From Azolla caroliniana (Eukaryota; Plantae; Polypodiophyta), in NCBI GenBank assembly GCA_043228905.1, contig JBHGNT010000010.1, positions 2,852,001 to 2,916,000 of the forward strand: a stretch of 64,000 nucleotides of DNA. Direction: 5' to 3'. Below the pieces are notes generated by a model that was not told the origin of the DNA, did no database searches, and was given only the letters and a program-made list of their open reading frames with translations. Positions 52,247-64,000 of the stretch are shown here, piece by piece (the first letter of the stretch is position 1; each line of letters opens with the position of its first letter). Both the position numbers and the translations under genes were made by a program.

Positions 52247-55200
52247 ATGTGGAAAAGCCCCAAGTGAGATGGGCATAGTCTTTTGGGTTTCCAATACATA
52301 TATATTAACATTTAATGTCCCACAAAATGATTTGGTATCTCGAGAGAGAAGGGGAGCCATGGGAGCTTATAGCATTATTATTGATAACTTTGAGGATTAC
52401 AACCGATAAATGGGCTAAAATAGGAATGCACACACTCTACCTAAAAGCGAGAAGAGTCCTTAAAACCCTTCATACTCATGGAAAACAACTTCCCAACATA
52501 TATTGTACTAAGAGAGGGAAGAGAAATTGAGATCCATGTAAAGTTTGGGGTAACATAAAGTAAATACAATATTTGTTATTTTTTATTATTATTCGTCTCA
52601 TTTTACAAGTAAAATAAGTATACGTTATTATGGTATGTTAGGATGACCATTTCTTTGTTTGTTATTGGGAGTCATACAACATGCAACAAGTGTTTATTGA
52701 CACAACTCCTAATGTATTGCTAAGGTATACGGTTTCTTTTTTCTTTTTATGACCAATGGTTTGCCATATACATGGTATATTCTCTTTTTATGGTGACCAA
52801 CATTACTCGATTAATGTTGTCGTAGGGTCATTTCCTCTTGGACCATATTACTTGCCAATGAATAATGTGCATTGTGGATATCTCACAACAGGTTGACCCT
52901 CCCTAGGTGATTGTTCTCTCACAATTTGAGGTCCAAAGACCTTGTTATGTGAATACATAAAGTGAACATTTATGCCTATTTTTTTACGGGACATTCGAGG
53001 GGATTGAACCCACAATTTTATGGCCATGGTGATCAAGTTCCCAACATTGGGATATTGTGTGATGATCTTTATGCCTCTCCTCTTCTACTCTTTGTTCTTG
53101 CATGGCAAACTATTTTTTAATTGCACGTCTACTTAGAAAAATATATCATATAATATAGAATCACGACGCATTACTCATCAAATGAATCTTTGCTAATTTA
53201 TTGTCCTCAACTTTATGATTATTTTCTAAGCATGAATGTGTTATACAATATTTAGCCTACTACTTGCAAACTTTATGGATATCTATGCATTGTTGTTTAT
53301 GACCTTGTTTACCATTTAGTGGGTTGTCATGTTATAACAATTAATGTAGACAAATGATTAGTCACCTATAACTATAAAGGGGTTGAGTATCAAATTACAA
53401 GGCCATTATTAGTATTAAGGTATATAGTAGTTGGTACTTGACATAGTCGATAGGCTATAATATCTGTAAACAAGAATGACACTCACACGATCAAACAATC
53501 ATCTATCTTGTCCTAGCATCCAAATAAAACAAAGAGTTGGGAATAAAGGGTTATAACAAAGAGTTGGGAATAAAACAATCATGCCTTTTATTAGTGAACG
53601 AGCATGAACACACCCTTCGCATACATTAACCTTCATATATATGTGTCTATCTAAAAACCTAAAGCGAAGACAATTGTCTCTCTATGTGTGTGCTCTCAAA
53701 CGGTGCCCGGATTTGCTCTCAACTCCCTTCACAAATTGAAACCAAGGGGACCAACTCATGAATCAATAGTTGATATTGTGTTTGTTTGTCTCTGTTTTTC
53801 TATCTGTCTTTCTCTAGACGACACTTCAAAGATTAGTTAACCAAAGTAATCTTTGAATTAGAGTTAGCCTCAATGGACCCGTCTTCAAAGTAGAGTTGTG
53901 CTCCTCGTGTGTTTCCATTAGTAAAGCAATGATCCTAATCTATCAATGTAATCCCCCTTCCCCCTTAAGAGTCAACATGTGTCACTCTTAATAGACTCTA
54001 TCTTTGCCTTCATTTGTGTTGATTCTACTTTTGTTCATGTCACTAGCATTTTTGCATTAACTACACTTTCTCAATGTATGTCAATAAGGACTTCATTTTG
54101 TAGTGAACTCTAGCCTATGTGAGTATCAACCACCTCTTGTTGGTTGTTCATAGTTGACAGGTAACCACCACCGATGCTACATATGTAAGTACAACATGTG
54201 TTGCCCCACTTATGGTTGTTTGACAACAAACCTCTAAAGAGGAGGGGGAGGAGATAAACACACGATCTTTCACCTTAGCTTCATTTGTCTAGGATCTTCA
54301 CTCTTTTGTGCTCCTCGACTAACAACACAAGAACATCTCTTGCTCCTCTACTTAATGTTGCGACCTCTAGAACGTTGGGGGTAGGTGATAAACACTCTCT
54401 TTTTCACCTTAATTTCATTTATTACCATCTGTTAAATCGCACAATTAATTCCTCTGTGTGGATGTTGAGAGTAACGAAGTAGGACATTACTTAACAAACT
54501 TTCATGCAAAATATTTTCACGTATTTCATGACACAAAGCACAATGAGAAGACAATAGAACATTGCAATTGACATGATGAGAAGGTGACATATTAATAGAT
54601 TCCCAATCATATGACTTGTTATATATTATAATCATATAGGCCATTCTCCTTGTTTAGATTGTTTTAAGAGCAATTACCATAAGTCAACTAATTGTAGGTA
54701 TTTGGCAGTTTCTAGCCAATGATTAATCAAGCAAATATATGTTCTAAATTAAACTCAAAATTTAACCACATATATAACATTCAAGTGTCATTATTATCAA
54801 GGAAAAGGGCATCCAACTTTTGGTTACATTTGCTGAAGCCCGTCATACTATACAAAATTTCTAGTTTTTAATGAATCGCCTTGGTTAAACTTACATTGAA
54901 GAAGGAATTTTGTAAGTTGTCATTGTGTTGATTATAATAACATAAACCTTTCCACAACAAATCAAGGAATTACGATTGAAGACAAGCATAATTGGATCAT
55001 ATCATTTTATTAATGTGGTACTGACATGCCATCACAAGGCACAAAACATAGTCATTTGTGAAGAAAAGAATATGCAGATGGATGTGTCACAATCAACTTT
55101 AGGTGAATTTCACCATGGGAAAGAGACCCCTTGGCTCTTTATGTTTGAAACCCAAATTCAATGCTATAATTTTAATTTACTTGGCCAAATCGATCTAGAA

Positions 55201-55928
55201 AGGAGTATGGGGGTTGTGACAAAGAGGAGGGAACTTTATTGCCTCTTTCCTAGTCGATCCATCTATAGCAAGGGATGTTATAACATCGACAACAAAAGCA
55301 CAAAAATGAGATGTATAATAGGACAACATTGAAACCAAGGGGGTTAGGGGACTTAAGTCATGTACTCCCAGCAGATCTGGCTAAGCTTGTTTACACCTCG
55401 GCAACAAAAAGGTGCAAGCCGGGAGTTGTTATATTAAAGCATGAAGGAGGGGAGAGGGATTTTTCGTCGTGGTACAAACAAAACCTTGTGGGATCGAAAC
55501 TCGGCCCCTGCTCAGAACCGAACGAAGACGAGAGAGGGAGGAAGAGAGAGGCTCTCAAGGGCATATAATAGGAGAACAAATGTAGGTATAAATCCGACCA
55601 ACCAACCAACTAACTAACCAACCAAATGACACCACATCATGTGAAGGAGGCTCCTAGAAGCCCCCCCCCCCCCCCCCCAAAACAAAACTTTGAATTGTTA
55701 GGAAGTGAGAATTAGAGTGGGTGTGGGTGTGGAAGTGTCCAAAATCTGGTCTTCTCCCAAAGGATTATGACATGATTGATGCTTATAAGTTATCCATAAC
55801 CAAAGAACAAACAATCAAAAAACATGAGGTTTGGCAAGGAAGAAGATAATGATGATTGATGAATGACTTCTAATTGCTACCATAATTTATGATTTACCAT
55901 ATTAACTACTCATCTCATTCTTTATACT

Positions 55929-56622
55929 ATTTATGAGTCACCATCACCATTACCATTGAAGCAGATGCTTTCAACCATTCATCCCCAATTCTTGTTGCTA
56001 TTTATGAATCACCATTACCATTGTTCAGATGCTTTAAACCATTATTCCCAATTCTTGTTGCTATTTATGAATCACCATCACCATTACCATTGATCAGATG
56101 CTTTCAACCATTCATCCCCAATTCTTGCTGCTTTTTATGAATCACCATTACCATTGTTCAGATGCTTTAAACCATTATTCCCAATTCTTGTTGCCATTTA
56201 TGAATCATCATCACCATTACCATTGAAGCAGATGCTTTCAACCATTCATCCCCAATTCTTGCTGCTATTTATGAATCATCATTACCATTTATCAGATGCT
56301 TTAAATCAGTATTCCCAATTCTTGTTGCCATTTATGAATCATCATCACCATTACCATTGAAGCAGATGCTTTCAACCATTCATCCCCAATTCTTGCTGCT
56401 TTTTATGAATCGCCATTAGCATTTATCAGATGCTTTAAACCATTATTCCCAATTCTTGTTGCCATTTATCAATCACCATCACCATTACCATTGAAGCAGA
56501 TGCTTTCAACCATTCATCCCCAATTCTTGCTGCTATTTATGAATCACCATTACCATTTATCAGATGCTTTAAACCATTATTCCCAATTCTTGTTGCCATT
56601 TATCAATCATCATCACCATTAC
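55929..56622. repeat. Minisatellite with ~134-bp dimeric unit (two related ~64/70-bp subunits), ~5 dimers
   Basis: cagatgctttcaaccattcatccccaattcttg recurs at ~55962, 56095, 56229, 56363 and 56497. It alternates with cagatgctttaaaccattattcccaattcttg. Confidence 0.95.
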
Positions 56623-57385
56623 TGCGGCATTCCTTCTTAAGTATTTCAATCATTTTGGGCGATATACATACATTCTTCTTCTCCAATAATCCTCTTCTTC
56701 TTAAACAGGTTTTATGATATTTCGGGGAAACCAAAGCTCCATTAATCCTCCCAAGGTTAAAATTTCAATAGGTCCATTTCCCATTCCTCTTACCTAAAAC
56801 CTAATAGAATTTTGGGGGATTTTTCATTCCTTAATTGGTCATTTGATCTTTTTTAGCCACTTTCCATTCCTCACGACGTTATTAATCATTTTGGGCGATT
56901 TGCCGTTCATCAACAGAGACTATAGATATGGTTTTATTCTAGGTCCTATGCCTACGGCTAATTAATTGTATGAAAAAGTAGAAGACCTTTGTGATGCGAA
57001 TATTTATTTATATGTACATTTTCTGTTTATGTGCTTTTTAAGCAATCCCTCATTATTCTCCCTACTTCCTTCCCATCGTTTTTGAACAGTTAAAGAAAAA
57101 AGAAGAAGGAAAAAGCTTCACTGTACATTTTTTGGTCGACTTTTATCGCAAGAGCTTTTCATGGGGGGAAAAAGAAGCCTATTTTTCTTCTTAAGCCAAT
57201 TGTAACTAAGTTATATTACTTATATATATATGATATTATTATGAGCGAAAGGCTATATATATATGTATATGTCTCCAACCCAAGTTTAGCCACAAAAATT
57301 CGATTCACAGCCATTTTTCCCTAGAGAAAAAGAATTATATAAGAACAGAAAATAATTCAATTATATATCTGTAAGTGTTATTGTC

Positions 57386-60300
57386 ATGGCTCAATGCTCT
57401 GTGTGGGCATCCACAAGGAGGAAACATAGTATTCCTATACATGGCTCTAAAGATATGAAACCAATTCATGATGAGAAGGATGTGGTAACAATACAAAGCT
57501 CCTCAGATTCTCATGATCATGACTCTGCTGCTCTTCTTAGAAGGTCTAATCTAGATTGCTTCTTGGATCACATCACTCCATCAGTTACAGTTTCATGTCC
57601 ACCCAAGGTATTTTTAATTTACTATGTATATTGATTTTGAAAGATATATTTGAACTAATATTGTAGGTGATTAAATCTCTTACCTGGTTTTGTATTGAAA
57701 GCAAATCCAAATACATATTGTTTGGAGGTTAGTTCTATTTTATGTATACAAATCTGAGCGAAAATCTAAATGTTTTTTGGTGAGCAAAGTCTATATCTTG
57801 TTAATAGGACCTTGGTGTATATGATACCATTTTCAGAGACAGAATCCAACTGTTTGTAAATGAAAGTTGGTGTGTCTCTAGGCAAATCTTTATTATCCTG
57901 CTGAGCAAACCGTAGCATGTAATTATTAGGAAAATCTATATGCTGCTATTCAGGCTTAATATACATTGTTAGCCTATTCTATATGTTGTTTTATGCAAAT
58001 CTATACATGTTATTGTTGAGCAGATACATGTCATATTGTTCAGACAAAATATTACATTTCTTGTTGAGCAAATATATACATTGTTGAGACAAAGTCAACA
58101 TGACATGTTGTCGAGCAAATATGTATATGGTTGAGACAAAATAGAAACGTGTTATTGAGCAAATACACATGACATAGTTGAGGCAAAGTCGATACATGTT
58201 GGTAAGTAAATGTGTATATTGTTGAGCAAATTTCATATTTTGATTTGTTGCTTTCTCTGTGACTCGATCATTCTATCGTTCATTATGATGATAATATGAT
58301 CTCTATGTTTCTTGTATGTGTCTTTACTTAGGCATGGATGTTTTGTGTTTTCAAAAGAGGAAATCAATTTGTGTATTTTATGATGATAATATGGTGTCTA
58401 TGTTTCTTGTATGTGTCTTTACTAGGCATGGATCTTTTGTGTAACATTCAAAGGAAGAAAGCAATTTGTGCATTTTGTTGTTTCTGATGATGATCCACAG
58501 GTTATGGTTGAGGATAGTCTATGGAGGCAACAACAATATAATGAGCAGAGCATATGTGCATTCACATTGGATGAGTTGTGGAGGTGTTATGATGAGTGGA
58601 GTGTGTATGGAGCAGGGGTTCCACTTGCATTGCCATGTGGTAGTGAGACAATAATGCAATACTATGTGCCCTATCTCTCTGCCATGCAGATCTACCTCCA
58701 CCCTGGCTTCAACAAAAGGTATCTAAACAAGAAGATTTAGAGGAATGCATTTCTTATATTGGGGCATCTAGTTGCAAAAAGGAAAGGTTTATTACATATA
58801 TATGCATGTCTATGTGTGTGTTTATATGTATGTTAAATGATAGTTGCTAAACGGAAAGCTTTACCATGTGCATGTATGTGCATGTATGTGTATGTTGTAA
58901 TATATCTCTAAGGACTTATGGAATTGAGTTGCAAAATGAAAGTATGTGTATGTATGTGTGCAATGTATATGTAAGGACTTGTGGAATTTGGTTTCTGAAT
59001 GAAAGCATGTGTATGCATAAGAGTTACTAATGAAATCTAGTTGCAAGGGAAAAGATATATGGGTTACTTATGAATATATTTGCAACAAAGGATGTAAAGG
59101 AAAGATATACATACATACATCCTTTTGTTGAAATGCCGTTGAAGATATATATCAAAGATAATCACTGGTTCAAATCGAGTTGCAAGGAACATTGAACTAT
59201 CGTTTGAGGTATATCTCAGAGATCATCTCTAACCCAATTCGAGTTGCTTTTATGGCCATGCATAATAATGGCATGAAAATGTGAATGCCTTAGGAGGGTT
59301 TTGTAGGTTAAATACCATCAAGTGCATATTTTGATCAATATTCTCTTGTTGAGACTATATAAATCTCAAATGAAACTAACTTTTTGTGGGTTTATGTCGT
59401 AGTTCCTTACTTAACTAGGATTGGTGTTACGAAACAAATAATCGGGATCCTCTTTTATCCCCAATTTGGTTGTGCATCATTCTCAACTTTTGAGGAGAAA
59501 AAATTTATAATCACTTTTCTTTGGAAAACTTTTTGCGTTTTTCCCTTCCTTATCCAAAGGCATAATTTTATATTGACTCTATTTTATCACGGTTTTATCA
59601 GACGGTATGGTGACGAGAGCGATTGGAGTGATATGAGTGACACGAGGAGTGTAAGTGATTTTGGGAGCGATAATGAGAATGAGAAAATGTTGAGGTTTCA
59701 TATGAAGTGTGATCAATGGGATAGCCTAAGCTCTTTCTCCTCAGATAGGCTTAGCTCTATCTCAAGTGAACTAGGAGACCGACACGGAGACCTTATTTTT
59801 GAGTATTTCGAGCAATGTTCACCATATGGTCGAACACCCCTAGCAGGAAAGGTGTGTGCATATGGTCGAACATACGGAATCTCGTGATATAAGTAAAAAG
59901 ACATATTTATTATACATAAGATCCAATCACATTTATTTATTCACATTTGGTTTATGTAATGTGCCAAGCTTTGTGATAATAATGGTATGTCCATATTCAG
60001 ATCAGGGAGCTTGCTATTGATTTTCCTCAACTTTATACACTAAGAAGTAATGAATTGTCTCCGGCGAGTTGGGTGTCGGTTGCTTGGTAAGGTTTTTGAT
60101 GATATGAAAATGAACAAATACTCTTGATTTCAGGCTTTGTTCCTTGGAAAAATGTTGATCTGAATTTCTTCAGTGGTTCGTTACCTTTCCAACGATCTGT
60201 CAGGTATCCGATTTACCGAATACCTACTGGCCCTACAATGAGCCACTTATCGACGTGCTTCCTCACGTTCCACACTCTTTGGATCCCTCCATTGTCACAA

Positions 60301-60776
60301 GGTTTTGTTTTACCAAATGAATTGAAAATATGTGTTTATCCCATGGAAGTGGCATAATTCTTTTCCATTGCAAACATGTTGAGTTCAACCTCTTTTTGTT
60401 GTTCATAGATCCACAAATTGATTGCGGAACGAGGAAGAATAATTTGTTAGCTGGTTTTGAAAACAATTTCACCACGTGTTCAATCAAGTCAGACCCAAGC
60501 ATTGTAAAGCTTGAGCAAGAACAATGGCTCCATGATCATGCTTCATGGAGGATCAAATCAGGAAAGGTTGTGGAGCTACCTCCATTTGGGTTGGTTTCTT
60601 ATAAGCTTGGGGGTCCATTTTGGGCACTAGCTCGAGCAACTGACAAGCGACGAATAACATCGCTAGCAAACTGTGCAGATTCATGGCTAAGGCAACTCAA
60701 AGTCCAACATCCCGACTTCGATTTCTTTGCTTCGCGAGACAAAGGATTTAATCTAACGGATAAATATATTACGTAG
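57386..60776 (+). CDS. Plant DUF789 family protein, 6 exons, ~413 aa
   Basis: Exons 57386-57607, 58501-58718, 59602-59851, 60001-60086, 60204-60301, 60409-60776; total 1242 nt, all GT-AG. Motifs [104 protein letters not shown]. Confidence 0.92.
57950..58235. repeat. Degenerate ~28-30-bp tandem repeat in DUF789 intron 1
   Basis: Recurrent gttgagcaaat(a/c)tatacat-like units. Confidence 0.6.
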
Positions 60777-62959
60777 CCTTGAGATGGGTCGGTCTTGTAG
60801 GTGAGGAAGGATTGGATGCGGCAATAAGTAAAAGCAAATGACAAAAACAACTAACCAATTTTTGGGGAACATGGAACGAAAGCTCCAAAGAAACTAGGGG
60901 TCTTAACATGTCCTATACAAAGAAGTACAATAACGTGTTTTTTTGCGAAGGTTTCTATCATTGGGATGAAAAAGACCAATGTATGTCTATTGTAAAATTC
61001 TCCTGCATTTCAAGCGTGTAACTCGAAGGTTTATAAAAATTGTACCTATGTCATCCCAATGTATGTCTATTGTAAAATTCTGTCGCATTTCACTCAAGGT
61101 TTATAAAAATTGTAATTGTGTATTATTATCTTTTTCGTACTTTTTATACCTATTGTCTCTTCTCTTTATGTGAAGAGAATGGAACATAATTCTAAAGGGA
61201 GCAAAAAAGTTTCATAGTAACACCATGTGCACAACCATGAGATATTATCGAATGGAAATGTCCAATGGTTTTCCCCTTCAATCTTACTACAAGCAACATT
61301 GAACATCTTATTGCTTTATGTAGTTCTTAAACTATCTTTGCTTTTTAGAAGTGTCACGTTGATGTTACCTCTATGAATTCTTCTAGATGCTCCACCTATA
61401 CAATGAGTGTCACCATTGATTCTTGACGATTCTACATTTGCCCCATATCCATGTGATTACTAAGTAGTAGTGTCAAACGTTTACTAACATAGTTATAACA
61501 TTTTTTGCAAGTAAAAAGGGAGCAAAATATGGTCCATTTGACTAGTTTTTATATTTGGGCCACATGTTAATGGGTCTTAATCTTTGTGTCAATGATCCAT
61601 TCAATCCTCCGAAGCAACCACAAAAAATCGATAAATCAATCTTTTTTTGTTGATGAAGGAGACAATTTGTATGATTTATCTTTGAACATCGTAATGAATC
61701 CCATAGGATTGTCTGGGTACACATATGGTAAAACAATACAATCTTTGCATTAATACTATTTCAGTTGACATACAAGGAACAAATTTAAATATCTTTTTAT
61801 CATTAGAATTTGACTCTAAACCATCTAATTTCATTGATGGATGTATTTGCTTTACCTTTTTTTTGCAAATCATTGATCATGTATATTTGATTTCTCATTA
61901 TAGGTAAATTATGTCACTTTTTAGTATACTTTGTAAATGTGTATTTATTTGTATTGCTTGTTCATTTATATGAATGTTATTGTTTTGTGTCATCTTGTGT
62001 GGATTTGATTTGCAATTATCAATCAAGACTTAATACATGAGTAAACTATTTAGAGTGTATTTCAATTATGAGTGGTTGATGTCCGGTCGTCTTCACAACT
62101 GTACCCCAAGAAAAAGTATTTGACTTTTGGGGACATTTGATTCCTTCTCATGTACGTTTGAAAAGGGGGGGGGGTGGGGGGGGATTGTTTTGCTAAAATC
62201 CATTTCCCAAGCATGCGAATAGATAATTTACAAGTGTGTCAAGAGGTATGGTTGCCCATGTGCTCACCTCCCCCTCTCTACAACTATATCCAACTCAAAC
62301 CACAATGTGGAAAATCATAACATCTCATTAGACCAAGGATCTCAATTTGTTGAAATATTGTGCCACATTATGCACAAAGTTCCTTGTAATTATCAATCAT
62401 GATTTGGTGCTTTGCCTAGGGAAGCAGGAAAGCCATTAAGTGTTGTCATGAGGGTTGCCACTGAATTGGTCAAAGTATCTAAGACTCAAGAGGGTTTCCT
62501 TGGATTATAATTCTATAATCATCATCTAATATTTGTTTAAGCAAAGGGGGTGCGAGGGTGATCTGATAGTTGTAGTAATGTGCTCAACAAGAGTTTCATC
62601 AAGTTGTCGTGAATACATATATAAAAAATCAAGTAAATGAATGTATTTGTTTTGTGTGCTAGACTAACATCAAGTGTGATCTAAAATATTGTTGATGTTG
62701 ATTCTATTTGGTTAACATACTAAGGATGATAAATTATGTACATGCATTTGATTTGTCAAATTATAAGATGAAAAAAGATAACAAAATATGATATTATGAT
62801 CAACGATGAAGTTCAACTTTAGATAAACCATGCTACGTAATATACAAATTTAAGAACCAAGTTGTTGCTTGTGAAGTGCATATATTTACTAAATTAACTT
62901 GAAGTATTGTGGAACATACAAGTCTTGTAATAAATTTAAGTAAATTTCATGTGCTTCAA

Positions 62960-63587
62960 ATGCTAGCAAACCAAAACTTGTAGACATGGAGTTGGCAAGT
63001 CTGATACATTATCAAGTTAAAAGAAATGGATTTGATTCAGATGTTGCCATAGGCAATTTGCTCAGTAACATGTATGCAACATGTGGAAAGTTGGAAGAGT
63101 CTCACCGAATGTTCAATATATTGCCATTTCATGACGTAGTTTCATGGACGTCTCTCTACATGGTATGCACACAAAAGCAAGGCATTGCCTAAAAGAGATG
63201 GAACAATAGGGATTAATTCCAGTTGATGTTGCATTTACTAGTATTTTGTCAACTTGCCATCATGCAAGAAACGTTAAGAAGGGTATTGATTACTACAATT
63301 TGATGAAGGATCAATATGGCATTCAACCAAGCATTGACCATTATATTTGCATGGTTCAACTACTTGGGCAATCTAGTTGTCTTAAAGAGGTTGAGTTGAT
63401 GCTTCGAACAATGCCAATAAGAGCATATATGTGTTACAGTTGGTTGACCTTATTGATAGCATGTAGATGCTTTGGCAATATAAATATGGGGAAATTGTGC
63501 TTGAATGAAGCTATCAAATTGGATCCTGCTACAATAGCAGGATATGCATTGATGTCAAGCATGTATGATGAAAGTCACAAATTGGAG
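62960..63587 (+). pseudogene. PLS-class PPR protein C-terminal fragment (with E domain), disrupted
   Basis: DVAIGNLLSNMYATCGKLEESHRMF..DVVSWTS, FTSILSTCHHA, YGIQPSIDHYICMVQLLG, WLTLLIACRCFGN, GYALMSSMY. Stop and frameshift at ~63150-63210. Confidence 0.85.
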
Positions 63588-63892
63588 GCTATATCTCTCT
63601 CAATCATCTCTCATTTTGGTAAAATAAGTGCGCTCAACAGTTTTTGTCTTATGTGGTGTAATGGTCTTATCTGTGAACCCATATTGGTTGTATGGGCAAT
63701 TTTAAATGGAGATTTAGAGAGAACCATGAATATTCCCTGAGTGTCTGAAATAGAGTTTCAACTTGTTGTGTTGGCTTCATGCATTTTGGCATTCTTCTTG
63801 AATTATACAATCTTTTTGAAGACAACAATTAACTCTTCCTTGACTCAAACAATGTGTGGGAATCTGCAGGACTTGCGTATTGTGGTATTAGG
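63588..63892 (+). pseudogene. Intronless fragment of a nucleotide-sugar transporter (UGNT1/UTR7-like, SLC35D-type)
   Basis: AISLSIISHFGKISALNSFCLMWCNGLICEPILVVWAILNGDLERTMNIP*VSEIEFQLVVLASCILAFFLNYTIFLKTTINSSLTQTMCGNLQD resembles, from memory, GKSSGLNSFGLMWCNG...LNYSIFLNTTLNSALTQTICGNLKD. Confidence 0.8.
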
Positions 63893-64000
63893 GATATGTG
63901 GAACATGGATTTAGTGAGACAACACTCTCCCTCTTTGAGCAAATGCAAAGTCTTGTTTCACACTTGTTTGCTACCTGAAAGCATGTGGTAGCATTAGAGC

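Noticed and set aside
52985-53045. tRNA/SINE B-box-like GGTTCAATCCC on the minus strand
   Set aside because: No convincing A box, cloverleaf, tail or TSD.
54976-55609. ORFs of 72-118 aa upstream of the minisatellite
   Set aside because: No recognisable domain or splice structure; probably decayed repeat sequence.
55929-56622. Possible CRISPR-like array
   Set aside because: No unique spacers (the whole unit repeats), eukaryotic context and no cas genes. It is a minisatellite.

Overview
Eukaryotic, AT-rich land-plant nuclear DNA. The gene set, Tcn1-like chromovirus and PLS-type PPR remnant suggest a seed-free plant such as a fern; this is inference. I could reconstruct four intact multi-exon genes by hand: a half-size ABCG11-like transporter (-, 11 exons, ~674 aa), coatomer beta' (-, 24 coding exons, ~903 aa), an SPX-MFS/PHT5-type vacuolar phosphate transporter (+, 8 coding exons, ~714 aa) and a DUF789 protein (+, 6 exons, ~413 aa). 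A nested retrotransposon island (~24.5-41.3 kb) lies between beta'-COP and SPX-MFS. It holds degenerate copia elements, a full-length chromodomain gypsy element and a full-length copia with an LTR-like insert. A hAT MITE, a LINE remnant, a 134-bp dimeric minisatellite and a chimeric PPR/nucleotide-sugar-transporter pseudogene are also present. The best lead is the gypsy element. It has no recognisable tRNA primer site; instead its 13-nt PBS is complementary to its own predicted transcript 5' end (Tf1-type self-priming), and its U3 carries perfect heat-shock-element arrays. Other leads are tandem P1BS boxes upstream of the phosphate transporter and three GC-AG introns.
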